Shown here piece by piece: positions 7,536-16,283 of a DNA stretch of 64,000 bases. The stretch is from a virus (taxonomy: Duplodnaviria; Caudoviricetes), in the IMG/VR virus record IMGVR_UViG_2791355104_000001. One strand, written 5' to 3'. Position 1 is the stretch's first letter. Each line of letters opens with the position of its first letter. Under the pieces are notes generated by a model. That model saw only the letters and a list, made by a program, of their open reading frames with translations, was not told the DNA's origin and did no database searches. The translations under genes were made by a program, and so were the position numbers.

Positions 7536-8971
7536 TCTCCAATAACGCCAATCCTCACAACGTTGAGCAACTGCGTGTTCCCCCACACAGTCTCGCCGCC
7601 GAAGAGTCAGTCCTTGCAGCCATCATGGTGAAAAACGAAAACCTTGATGTCGTTGCCTCCATACTCAGCGAGAACGATTTCTACAGCCGTGCTAACCGGA
7701 CAATTTACGGAGCAATCTGCGAAATCATGGGGAACGCTCAGGTAGCTGATATCGCAACCATCCCTGATTACCTTCGGGCAAAAGGGAAATTAGAAGACGC
7801 TGGCGGTGATACGTACATCTACGGCTTGGCAAGATCTGTTGCATCTGCCGCCGGACTAACTACCTACGCTCAAACCGTTCGGCAACGCGCCATGCTGCGT
7901 GAAGCCATTGCTGCGGCAAACGATATTCAGGAGCAGTGCTATAACTCAACCGGCCATGATGCCATCGAAATATTGGGTAGTGCCGAGAGCCGGATAGGGG
8001 AAGTGTCTGAACGGCTACTCACCAAGGTGCAGGATTACTCTATCGATGAAGCTATGCGCGCCACCGTCACTGAAATAGAGCAGCGGCTCAAATCCGGAAA
8101 GGAAATCGCAGGAATTTCTACGGGCTTGCCGGATCTTGATGCTCGCTTAAACGGTCTTGAGGCAGCGGATATGATAGTTGTTGCTGCTCGTCCTTCCATG
8201 GGCAAAACCACTCTTGCCATGAACATGGTAACTACCGAAGCCTTGCGTGACGGCGGGCGACCCATTGTTTTCAGCATGGAAATGCCTAAGCAGCAGCTGA
8301 TGTACAAAATGCTGTCCAGCCTAGGGCAGATACCTATTAGCGCACTACAGCAGCCAAACAAAGAAACTGGCGGCATGAACGATATTCTTTGGTCGAAAAC
8401 GTCTGGTGTGATGGCTAAATTACGGCAGAAGAACATGGAAATTATCGACGATGCCTACATGACCATACCGCGCATGAGGCTAGAAATCCGCCGCTTCAAA
8501 AAACGCTTTGGGAACCCGACGCTTATCATGGCTGATTACCTTCAGCTAATTCGCGGCACCACCAAGACCGACAATCGCACCAATGAGATAAGTGAAATCA
8601 GCCGTGGAATAAAAGCATTGGCCAAGGAATTCAATTGTCCGTTCGTCGTTTTGTCCCAGCTATCGAGGAATGTTGAAAGCCGCAACAACAAGCGCCCTGT
8701 GAACTCAGACTTGCGTGAATCCGGCCAGATAGAGCAGGACGCAGACAAAATTATATTCATCTACCGCGATGACGTTTACAACCCAAATTCTAGCGACAGA
8801 GGGTTAGCGGAACTTAACGTTACTAAGTGCCGGATGGGGCAGATTGGCATGGTTGGTTCAGCGTTCAGAGGCGAGTTCAGTCAGTTTTGCCCGTTGGCAC
8901 ACGGGCAACAGATTGTTGGTGAAGAAGGCAAGCCAAAAGCTTATTCAGACAAGTTCGAGGTGGGCGAATGA
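7532..8971 (+). CDS. dnaB: Phage-encoded DnaB replicative helicase
   Basis: PPHSLAAEESVL, AARPSMGKTT Walker A, DYLQL, SQLSR, LRESGQIEQDAD. Confidence 0.97.
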   Translation: MISNNANPHNVEQLRVPPHSLAAEESVLAAIMVKNENLDVVASILSENDFYSRANRTIYGAICEIMGNAQVADIATIPDYLRAKGKLEDAGGDTYIYGLARSVASAAGLTTYAQTVRQRAMLREAIAAANDIQEQCYNSTGHDAIEILGSAESRIGEVSERLLTKVQDYSIDEAMRATVTEIEQRLKSGKEIAGISTGLPDLDARLNGLEAADMIVVAARPSMGKTTLAMNMVTTEALRDGGRPIVFSMEMPKQQLMYKMLSSLGQIPISALQQPNKETGGMNDILWSKTSGVMAKLRQKNMEIIDDAYMTIPRMRLEIRRFKKRFGNPTLIMADYLQLIRGTTKTDNRTNEISEISRGIKALAKEFNCPFVVLSQLSRNVESRNNKRPVNSDLRESGQIEQDADKIIFIYRDDVYNPNSSDRGLAELNVTKCRMGQIGMVGSAFRGEFSQFCPLAHGQQIVGEEGKPKAYSDKFEVGE

Positions 8972-9252
8972 AACCTCACTTAGAAGCAATCATAGATTTC
9001 TCCAACGGCCGATGGGTAAGCGTTGAAGATGCAAAGCAGCATCTGAGCCACCGCAAAGCACTTAGTCAAACAATCCAGCAAATGGGCTACGGTGACGAAT
9101 GCATCGTTGAGTTGAGCATGTCCAAGGGCCTAATTACCAGATACCGCGCGTTTCGCACTAAGGGCATGACAGTGATTGAGATAGCGAAATACAGAAAGAG
9201 CCTGGGCATTGTCACTGCGCCCGAGTCATATCCATGGAGGAAGTCGGCATGA
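8968..9252 (+). CDS. Hypothetical phage protein
   Basis: ATGA-coupled ORF. Confidence 0.7.
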   Translation: MKPHLEAIIDFSNGRWVSVEDAKQHLSHRKALSQTIQQMGYGDECIVELSMSKGLITRYRAFRTKGMTVIEIAKYRKSLGIVTAPESYPWRKSA

Positions 9253-9812
9253 GCAAATACGAAATTATCTACGCAGATCCACCTTGGTCATTCAATAACA
9301 AGAAAACCGGCGGCTCTATGACGTCAGGCGCAGCAAGTCAATACGATGTAATGACACTTGAGCAAATGAAGCAGCTCCCGGTGCCTGATTTATGCGCTGA
9401 CAACTGCGTGCTCATCATGTGGTGGGTAGGTAGTCAGCCGCAAGAAGCGTTAGATCTCTGCAACGCATGGGGCTTCACGCTGAAAAACATGAATGGTTTT
9501 GTGTGGAACAAATTAACCAGAAATCAGAACCCGCATTTTGGGATGGGTTTCTGGACTCGCGCGGGTAGTGAGTCGGCCATCATCGCCACTCGCGGAAAGC
9601 CAAAGCCTGTGAGCCATTCAGTTAGGGCAGTTCATAGCGCAGTAGTCGGAAAGCATTCAGAAAAACCCTCGGCATTCCGCAATAAAGCCGTTGAGCTATG
9701 CGGCGACGTTCCGCGACTCGAAATGTTTGCCCGTACTCAAACCCCCGGCTGGGATGTATTCGGCAACCAGGTAGATAACAGCATTGAGATAAACAGCAAG
9801 GAGGCAGCATGA
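9249..9812 (+). CDS. MT-A70-family adenine DNA methyltransferase
   Basis: IIYADPPW, HSEKP, RLEMFAR, GWDVFGNQ. Confidence 0.93.
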   Translation: MSKYEIIYADPPWSFNNKKTGGSMTSGAASQYDVMTLEQMKQLPVPDLCADNCVLIMWWVGSQPQEALDLCNAWGFTLKNMNGFVWNKLTRNQNPHFGMGFWTRAGSESAIIATRGKPKPVSHSVRAVHSAVVGKHSEKPSAFRNKAVELCGDVPRLEMFARTQTPGWDVFGNQVDNSIEINSKEAA

Positions 9813-9985
9813 CAAAACAAGAAATGATGGACGAGCGTGTACGTCAAGACATGCGAGCAAGTCAGAGTGATTTTCTGAAACGACAGAAGGAAGTTCGTGA
9901 CGCAATTGAAGATCGGGAGCTCACTAAGCACATTCCCATGAATGACGATGACTACTATGAGCAGATGTTTAAGGAGATAGCGTGA
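9809..9985 (+). CDS. 58-aa hypothetical protein; absent from ORF track
   Basis: MTKQEMMDERVRQDMRASQ...; GGAGG RBS; coupled at both ends. Confidence 0.7.
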   Translation: MTKQEMMDERVRQDMRASQSDFLKRQKEVRDAIEDRELTKHIPMNDDDYYEQMFKEIA

Positions 9986-10659
9986 TGGATATTGATTGGT
10001 CGAAAGCGCCTGAGTGGGCGGATGTCTGGATGCAAAAAGATATTTTGGAAGAGGGGCGGCAGGCCGTCTACTGCTTCGCAAGAATACAAGGCGGCAGGAT
10101 GTATAGCGAACCTTCCGCTCCTATTGATATGACGGAGTGGAAAACCATAGCAACAAGACCACAAGAGGAGAGCGAGGTGGAAGAAATGCCATTGTGGACT
10201 CATGTAGGCGTAGAGTCAGGAGATAAATACTACATAGAGTATGATCATGTTAACGCCCAAGCGTCAGCATTAAGCGAAAATGGAGATTTAGTTTCTACTT
10301 ACACAGGTGGCGTCGGAGGCGAACTATTAAGACCAATCTTTGCCAGCGCGACTGACAGTCACGAAGTCGTTCGAGATATTAATGCCATGCCAGATCTAAT
10401 TGAAGGCGACAAGCTGACTTTTGATAATGGCGTTTTAAATTTTTATGACCCTGAATCTATAAGCTCTGTTTGCTGCTCAAAACCAGCAATTGACAGGATT
10501 GTAAGCATCCACCGCGCCGGAAAACTTATTTGGGAGCGCAAGAAGCCTTTCACTGATGAGCAGATTGAAGCTGTTAGGGAGTATGACGCCTGGTTAGTAA
10601 GCGCGGCATGCAGAGAGCAAACCGTGGATGAATGGCTAGATCAGCGAGGTCAGTGGTGA
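9985..10659 (+). CDS. Hypothetical phage protein
   Basis: IDWSKAPEWA N-terminus; coupled ORF. Confidence 0.75.
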   Translation: MDIDWSKAPEWADVWMQKDILEEGRQAVYCFARIQGGRMYSEPSAPIDMTEWKTIATRPQEESEVEEMPLWTHVGVESGDKYYIEYDHVNAQASALSENGDLVSTYTGGVGGELLRPIFASATDSHEVVRDINAMPDLIEGDKLTFDNGVLNFYDPESISSVCCSKPAIDRIVSIHRAGKLIWERKKPFTDEQIEAVREYDAWLVSAACREQTVDEWLDQRGQW

Positions 10660-11087
10660 ACGGCCAGTTCTTCGTCGTTAATTCTGAGCACTCACTAAAA
10701 TGTGCTCAGAATTATTTATTAAAGCAGTGGAATGAAAAAAAGTGGCTGGAAATGCGACTTAACTTCGACAAGACACGGAGCATTCCACAGAACTCATCGC
10801 TCCATAAGTACTGCCAGCAGCTAGCCGATGCGCTCAATGATGCCGGACACCATTTCGTCATCACTATTAACGGAGTTGAGACAGACTGTAACTGGAATAT
10901 GGAGCGCGTTAAGGATTTTCTATGGCGCCCAATTCAGCAAGCTATAACAAAAGAAAAATCAACAACGCGCATTAGTACCAAAGAAACCACGATTATCTAT
11001 GAGACGCTGAATCGGCATACGACGAGCAAATTAGGCGTCTACGTGCCGTGGCCATGCAAAGAAAACATGGGGGGGAGGGGTGAGTAA
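10656..11087 (+). CDS. NinB-like protein
   Basis: RSIPQNSSLH motif, position in nin region. Confidence 0.65.
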   Translation: MNGQFFVVNSEHSLKCAQNYLLKQWNEKKWLEMRLNFDKTRSIPQNSSLHKYCQQLADALNDAGHHFVITINGVETDCNWNMERVKDFLWRPIQQAITKEKSTTRISTKETTIIYETLNRHTTSKLGVYVPWPCKENMGGRGE

Positions 11088-11298
11088 CTTTACATTAGAA
11101 CTGGAGGCTATGGCGGGGACTTCGATAGAAGACGTTATCTCTGAGGCAAAGGACTTAGCCGGAAGGTTGGGGATTGCGTATGTGAAATTTGATTTTAATG
11201 GCGTCAGCATGAGCATTCGGCAGAGGAGCGATGTTAAAGAGGCTGCTGATAAATTCAGAGAGGCGCTACGTAAGTCTCATAAGTTTGTGGTGGCTTAA
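11080..11298 (+). CDS. Hypothetical protein
   Basis: 72-aa ORF overlapping upstream stop. Confidence 0.65.
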   Translation: MSNFTLELEAMAGTSIEDVISEAKDLAGRLGIAYVKFDFNGVSMSIRQRSDVKEAADKFREALRKSHKFVVA

Positions 11299-11868
11299 AT
11301 GAAATCCCGCCGCTGCTCGCAATGCAGAAAAAAAGGCCCTCAGGAAGAAATGCTAATCAGGAATTTGAAAGCGTTCTGTAACGTTGAGTGCTTTGCAGAG
11401 TTTGCGGCATCGAACATTACTAAGCTAGCAGAGCAGGGGCGTAAAGTTGAAAGGGCGCGAGTCCAGAAGAAAAAGCAGGCATTGAAAACGAAATCTGAGC
11501 ACTTGAAAGAATGCCAGGTAGCGTTTAACCGCTTTATCAGGCTTCGAGACGAGGGTGAGCCTTGCATAAGCTGCGGAAGATATCACCAAGGCCAGTACCA
11601 CGCGGGCCACTACAGAAGCGTAGGCAGCGCGCCGGAATTGCGGTTTGAAGAGCTAAATTGCCATTTGCAATGCACCCCCTGCAATAACCATTTATCCGGC
11701 AACCTAATCAAGTACCGGGTAAACCTGATTAAGAAGCTAGGAATCGAAAAAGTAGAATGGCTGGAAGGCAATCACCCGCCAAAACATTACCAAGTGTCCG
11801 AAATAATCGAATTAAAAGCACATTATCGCAAGCTTTGCCGCGATATCGAAAAACAGCAAGCGGCATAA
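11299..11868 (+). CDS. ninG: NinG/Rap recombination endonuclease
   Basis: FNRFIRLRD..PCISCG...AGHYRSVG.APELRF.E.NCHLQC.PCN.HLSGN. Confidence 0.93.
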   Translation: MKSRRCSQCRKKGPQEEMLIRNLKAFCNVECFAEFAASNITKLAEQGRKVERARVQKKKQALKTKSEHLKECQVAFNRFIRLRDEGEPCISCGRYHQGQYHAGHYRSVGSAPELRFEELNCHLQCTPCNNHLSGNLIKYRVNLIKKLGIEKVEWLEGNHPPKHYQVSEIIELKAHYRKLCRDIEKQQAA

Positions 11869-11883
11869 CGCCCGGGAAGCAGT

Positions 11884-12171
11884 ATGAGTCAATCAGTAGA
11901 ATTTAACTATCAAACACCATACATCCCGCGCGGCGGCTTAATCATAAGATACGCCAGGACCGAAAGAGGCTACAGCATGATAGAATATGCAGCTAAATTC
12001 GGAATAGCAGTGAACACGCTTGGCAGGTATGAGCGGGGCGAGACAGAGCCTAGCTTTTTCACGGTAATGTCAATATTAAAAGACTTGCAGATCGACTTAG
12101 TAGAGGCTTATGAAAATGTTAGACAGCAAAGCAAGCCGGACGATAAAAGAAACCCGCGCAGAGCTGCGTGA
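11884..12171 (+). CDS. XRE-family HTH protein
   Basis: IRYARTERGYSMIEYAAKFGIAVNTLGRYERGETEPS. Confidence 0.8.
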   Translation: MSQSVEFNYQTPYIPRGGLIIRYARTERGYSMIEYAAKFGIAVNTLGRYERGETEPSFFTVMSILKDLQIDLVEAYENVRQQSKPDDKRNPRRAA

Positions 12172-12547
12172 ATGGGGTAGATTTTGGCAGCGGTATGGTA
12201 CTGAAATAAGTTCCGGAGGAAGTTTGTTTGCTGCTTTCGTAACGCGGATGCAAAAGAGCAACCCGAAGTTTCACCGACGCGCGAGGGTCGGGCAGAAAGA
12301 TTTTAGGGCGCAAAAGCTGGAAGGCGTAGAGCGTCCGGTCACTGCTACATGCTCGCCTACTCATTCGCCAATACTGCCACAGAACAAAGAAGTATTTGTT
12401 CCCTGGAGTCTGCAAGGTATTGATGACTTTATCGAATCAATGCAAACTGAATGTTCAGAGGCACTTAAGCAGCGATACATAAAAGATGACCGTAATTTTC
12501 GTAGTATCTGGCTGGATAGGGCTGAGAAGTTGGTAATGTACAGATAA
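12116..12547 (+). CDS. Probable late antiterminator (Q-like)
   Basis: IKETRAELREWGRFW N-terminus, position at end of early operon before terminator and lysis genes. Confidence 0.55.
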   Translation: MLDSKASRTIKETRAELREWGRFWQRYGTEISSGGSLFAAFVTRMQKSNPKFHRRARVGQKDFRAQKLEGVERPVTATCSPTHSPILPQNKEVFVPWSLQGIDDFIESMQTECSEALKQRYIKDDRNFRSIWLDRAEKLVMYR

Positions 12548-12566
12548 AACCGAAAAGGAAACTCAC

Positions 12567-13208
12567 TTGAAGAACGGACTATATAAATTACTAGCACTTA
12601 TAGGAATTCCCGCAGCCTTTGTTCTCGGCTACCACGTAGGGAGGGTGGACAGGTTTTCGTGGGTAACACTGTCTGATTTATCTGACCTTGGTGGTTTACT
12701 GGCGGGGCTTGCGGGCGTTGCTTTGGCGATTTTTGGTTTTGATGGGATCGACGCTTGGAAGAAATCCCTGAAAGCAGGCCAAATCACAAGGGTAGTGGAT
12801 GAAGCAAGTAAGTTACTGGAAGAGGTTGTGGGTTCTGGGTTCGCAGAGTTCATATCTGAAGCTACATACCATAAGACACCTCTCAATCCTAAGGATGGCA
12901 TGAGGGCAACTATACTTGAACAAAAAGAACGTGCTAGGTCACATTGGAAAAATGTTAAGTATCAGTACGACCAGCAGCGCAGCCAATACAATTTATTGAC
13001 CAGTCGCCTCTCTGCTTTAACCGGGGAAAGCCTTCCTGAAAAGGCAGCATCTGAGAGTGTAGCAGCAAGTATTAGTGAGGTTAAAAAAAGAGCGCTTGCG
13101 AGAAATATGAATGACGCATTAGCGCCCCTAAACTTGCAAGAAGAGCAAAAGAAAATAATTGCTGATGCGGGAGAAGGGCTCTTCTATTTTTATCCGTTTA
13201 ACCGTTAA
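12567..13208 (+). CDS. Moron membrane protein between Q and lysis genes
   Basis: Two N-terminal TM segments then soluble helical domain. Confidence 0.75.
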   Translation: MKNGLYKLLALIGIPAAFVLGYHVGRVDRFSWVTLSDLSDLGGLLAGLAGVALAIFGFDGIDAWKKSLKAGQITRVVDEASKLLEEVVGSGFAEFISEATYHKTPLNPKDGMRATILEQKERARSHWKNVKYQYDQQRSQYNLLTSRLSALTGESLPEKAASESVAASISEVKKRALARNMNDALAPLNLQEEQKKIIADAGEGLFYFYPFNR

Positions 13209-13287
13209 TTAATTCAAACACCAGATATGGGTTTTTTATATCCCTTAAATTACCGTAAAATATTCTAAAGTCGCAGAAATTGCGTAG

Positions 13288-13316
13288 AGCCCTGACCTGA
13301 CCGTCGGGGCTTTTTT
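13288..13316 (+). terminator. Intrinsic terminator upstream of lysis genes (tR'-like)
   Basis: GCCCTGAC-CTGACC-GTCGGGGC-TTTTTT. Confidence 0.75.
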
Positions 13317-13388
13317 GTTGGCTCTCCGTGCTTACCCAAAGCACATTCCACACCTCGCCCTGCACAGGGGCACCTAATTAGAATATTT

Positions 13389-13826
13389 ATGTATCCATAT
13401 AGCAAAACATCACAAAGCAGGCTCGAAACCTGCCATGCCGATATCCAATTGATATGGGCTGAGTTAGCCAAATACATAAATTGCTCAGTGTTCTGTGGCC
13501 ACCGAAATGAAGCCGACCAGAACAGGGCGTATAGAGATGGGAAAAGCCAACTCAAGTGGCCTGACTCAAAGCACAACACATTACCCAGTTTGGCAATCGA
13601 TAGCGGCCCGTACTTCCCGGACAAGAAAAACACTGACTGGGATGATCACATGGCGTTCGCGGTATTCGCTGGATTTGTGCAGTGTGTCGCAAGACAGCTT
13701 TACGCGGAAGGAAAGATAACGCACCTGGTACGGTGGGGCGGTGATTGGGATATGGACGGACAAACGTTAGATCAGAAGTTCAATGATCTTCCTCACTTCG
13801 AATTGTATAAGCCGAGTAAGTCATGA
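13389..13826 (+). CDS. Endolysin, M15-family peptidase
   Basis: CGHR.E..Q, SKHN..PSLAID, RWGGDWD, DLPHFEL zinc-peptidase motifs. Confidence 0.92.
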   Translation: MYPYSKTSQSRLETCHADIQLIWAELAKYINCSVFCGHRNEADQNRAYRDGKSQLKWPDSKHNTLPSLAIDSGPYFPDKKNTDWDDHMAFAVFAGFVQCVARQLYAEGKITHLVRWGGDWDMDGQTLDQKFNDLPHFELYKPSKS

Positions 13827-14059
13827 ATCTTCTAAAGCGATTTATCGATATCGTCGTTCCTAGATTCATTGAAGAATGGGTGGCGCTCAAAGAAGTAAAC
13901 GAACATCTGGTGCCAGTATGTTGTATCGATGACGTTAAAGAGCATGAGTACTTCAAGTGGATGGCTAAATCCCGAGGGTTTAATTTATTCGGCGCAATGC
14001 TCTTCCCTCAATTTGGTGAGCCCGTTCCATTTGTCAAAAGCGCGAAGGTTAAATCATGA
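13823..14059 (+). CDS. Hypothetical protein within lysis cassette
   Basis: ATGA-coupled on both sides. Confidence 0.65.
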   Translation: MNLLKRFIDIVVPRFIEEWVALKEVNEHLVPVCCIDDVKEHEYFKWMAKSRGFNLFGAMLFPQFGEPVPFVKSAKVKS

Positions 14060-14577
14060 ATTGGTCAGACGTTGGCGGATGGTTAAAAGAGAATGCTGGC
14101 TCAAGTGCTACGCTTGTCGGTTCACTTCTAACAGGTAACGCACCTGCCGCTATTGCTGCTGGCGTTGCAATGGTAAAGAGCGCTACGGGTTCAGATACCC
14201 CAGATGACGTACTCGCATCATTTCAGAACAACCCGCAAACAGTTGTAGAACTAAAGCGTATTGCTCACGAAGAACAGAAAAGCATTCGCGACCACTTAGC
14301 AGAAATGGAGCGGCTAAAGCTCAATGATGCGCAAGCAGCTCACGCCACAACACAAGCAACTATTCAGAACGGCGATAACTCAGACAAATGGTATGTCGCT
14401 GCAACTCGGCCTGGCCAATCGTGGGTATCGCTCATAGCTGCTATCGTCTACGTATTCTACGATAAGTCGCCTGACGCAACTATCCTCATTCTGCTACTAA
14501 CACTACCGTGGACATACGCAGGACTCAGACAGGTCGGTAAGGGTATTAATGCCGTTGTTACAAAAGCAAAAACCTAA
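14056..14577 (+). CDS. Holin-like protein (3TM/GTA-holin type)
   Basis: Gly/Ala-rich N-terminus, coiled coil, TRP motif, two TMs, YAGLRQVGK tail. Confidence 0.75.
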   Translation: MNWSDVGGWLKENAGSSATLVGSLLTGNAPAAIAAGVAMVKSATGSDTPDDVLASFQNNPQTVVELKRIAHEEQKSIRDHLAEMERLKLNDAQAAHATTQATIQNGDNSDKWYVAATRPGQSWVSLIAAIVYVFYDKSPDATILILLLTLPWTYAGLRQVGKGINAVVTKAKT

Positions 14578-14608
14578 TCATCCGCATTCAAAGTTCAAAG
14601 GCTAAACG

Positions 14609-14953
14609 ATGGACAAAATGACATTAACAATAGTGCTATCCATCGTCACGCTGCTTGTGAGTATTATTCAAGCCGCTTTCTGGTTTTGGGTAAACAGCAT
14701 TAAAGAGCAAAACAAGTTACTGAACTCATCGGTAACGGAGCTAACCAGATCGCTCAACAAGACTTCAATGGAGTTTGACCGCGCATTAGCTGAGTACCAA
14801 CTGTATGTAGCAAACAACTTCGTTAAACAGATACAGCTCGATGCCCACATGGACAGGATAGATAAGAACCTGGACGAGATTAAGAAAATGATTGAGCGCC
14901 TGCACGACAGAAACAACAACACTCACATCGTTACTCCTTTGGGTAGAGACTGA
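14609..14953 (+). CDS. TM plus coiled-coil lysis-region protein
   Basis: N-terminal TM then heptad pattern. Confidence 0.7.
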   Translation: MDKMTLTIVLSIVTLLVSIIQAAFWFWVNSIKEQNKLLNSSVTELTRSLNKTSMEFDRALAEYQLYVANNFVKQIQLDAHMDRIDKNLDEIKKMIERLHDRNNNTHIVTPLGRD

Positions 14954-14965
14954 TACTTCACTATT

Positions 14966-15577
14966 ATGCAGGTCTCATTCAAGCACGACATCGCATCGCT
15001 CACGCAAGACCTTAAACGAATCAAAGAAAGCGCGATACCCAAGGCAACAGTTCAAGCACTCAACAGAACGGCTACCGGTGTAAGGACGGATGCTGGTAAG
15101 GCGATAAGTAAAGAGACAGGAATCAAAGTCTCAGATGTAAGGAAAGAGCTTAAAGTCTGGAAGGCCACCAAAGCCAAACTCAAGGCAGAGGTCAATGCCC
15201 GTACAGGTAGTGCCACTAACTTAATCAAGTTTGTTACCGCAGCCAATCAAAAGCCTAACCACTTCAATAGCCGCCGCAAACTCAAAAGCGGTAAGCGTGG
15301 TAAGTACAAAGCCAAGGGCGTGAAAGCAAAAGCCTGGGGTAAGTCCAAGACCTACGAGGGCACGTTCATAGGTAAGGGCAGAACAAGCGGTAAGCTCCTA
15401 GTGTTCACCCGCACATCAGATAAGAGAACACCACTTAAGTCTGTGTTAGGCCCGTCGATTAGAAACACATTCGATAGTCAGCCAATGCAGAAGCTACTAC
15501 AGAAGTCAGCGTCCATACGATTCAATAAAGACATGGCAGCGGCTGTGAAGAATCAGATTCGACTTGCAACAAAGTGA
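14966..15577 (+). CDS. GpZ-like basic phage protein
   Basis: KATVQALNRTA..VRT pattern, Lys/Arg rich, sits before cos. Confidence 0.7.
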   Translation: MQVSFKHDIASLTQDLKRIKESAIPKATVQALNRTATGVRTDAGKAISKETGIKVSDVRKELKVWKATKAKLKAEVNARTGSATNLIKFVTAANQKPNHFNSRRKLKSGKRGKYKAKGVKAKAWGKSKTYEGTFIGKGRTSGKLLVFTRTSDKRTPLKSVLGPSIRNTFDSQPMQKLLQKSASIRFNKDMAAAVKNQIRLATK

Positions 15578-15643
15578 CGGGGCGCACCGAAATGGCGCGG
15601 GTTGTCAGCTTTCTTTGCAGTGTCAATATTCTTTACAAGAAAA

Positions 15644-15707
15644 AGGTACTTCCCAGCAAATCAAGGGCTTACGGGTACGCAGCAGCGCAAGGTTTGGCTA
15701 TTTATGA
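15644..15707 (+). other. cos site (cosQ + cosN), predicted 12-nt cohesive end GGTACGCAGCAG at 15674-15685
   Basis: AGGTACT-17nt-CTTACG-GGTACGCAGCAG-CGC-8nt-GCTATTTATGA is in register with lambda GGGTCCT-17nt-GTTACG-GGGCGGCGACCT-CGC-8nt-GCTATTTATGA. Confidence 0.85.
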
Positions 15708-15767
15708 GTCATTTTGAGTCGAAGTTGTTTTGTTATCCACTCTGAAACACACAAATAGAACACCGTT

Positions 15768-16283
15768 ATGGAAACTTATTTACTGAACAAAAAGACCATG
15801 GCGGAGTCTTGCGGCATCTCAACGCAAGCCTTTGATAAATGGGGCGTGAAGCCATATCGTAAAGATGGAAGACAGCAGCTTTATCGGGTTCAAGATGTCA
15901 TTGAAAACAGGATAGAAAAAGAGCTTAAGAAAAACAACAACCGAGTTAACCACGGCGGCGAAACTATCGATGTTGAGCTAGAGCGAGCCTTACTCACTCA
16001 ACAGCAGCGCATCACGCAAGAAATCAAAAACGAGATTTTAGAAGGTCGGGCAATTCCTGTTGAAGCGGCCAGGGACATTTTAGCCAAAATTTTATCGCAG
16101 GTTGGTGCAACGCTGGACTCACTGGCACCAAACATTAAGCGACGTCATCCCGAGATAGAACAGCGCATTATCGACTTTATCAAATCAGAGACGATCAAGC
16201 ATCAGAATGAGGCGGCTAACCTCGACAATCACTTAGACGAAATCATTGATGAAGTTATCACCCAGGCAGAGGCGAAAATTTAA
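15768..16283 (+). CDS. Terminase small subunit (Nu1-like)
   Basis: N-terminal wHTH (LNKKTMAESCGISTQAFDKWG), coiled coil, follows cos. Confidence 0.9.
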   Translation: METYLLNKKTMAESCGISTQAFDKWGVKPYRKDGRQQLYRVQDVIENRIEKELKKNNNRVNHGGETIDVELERALLTQQQRITQEIKNEILEGRAIPVEAARDILAKILSQVGATLDSLAPNIKRRHPEIEQRIIDFIKSETIKHQNEAANLDNHLDEIIDEVITQAEAKI

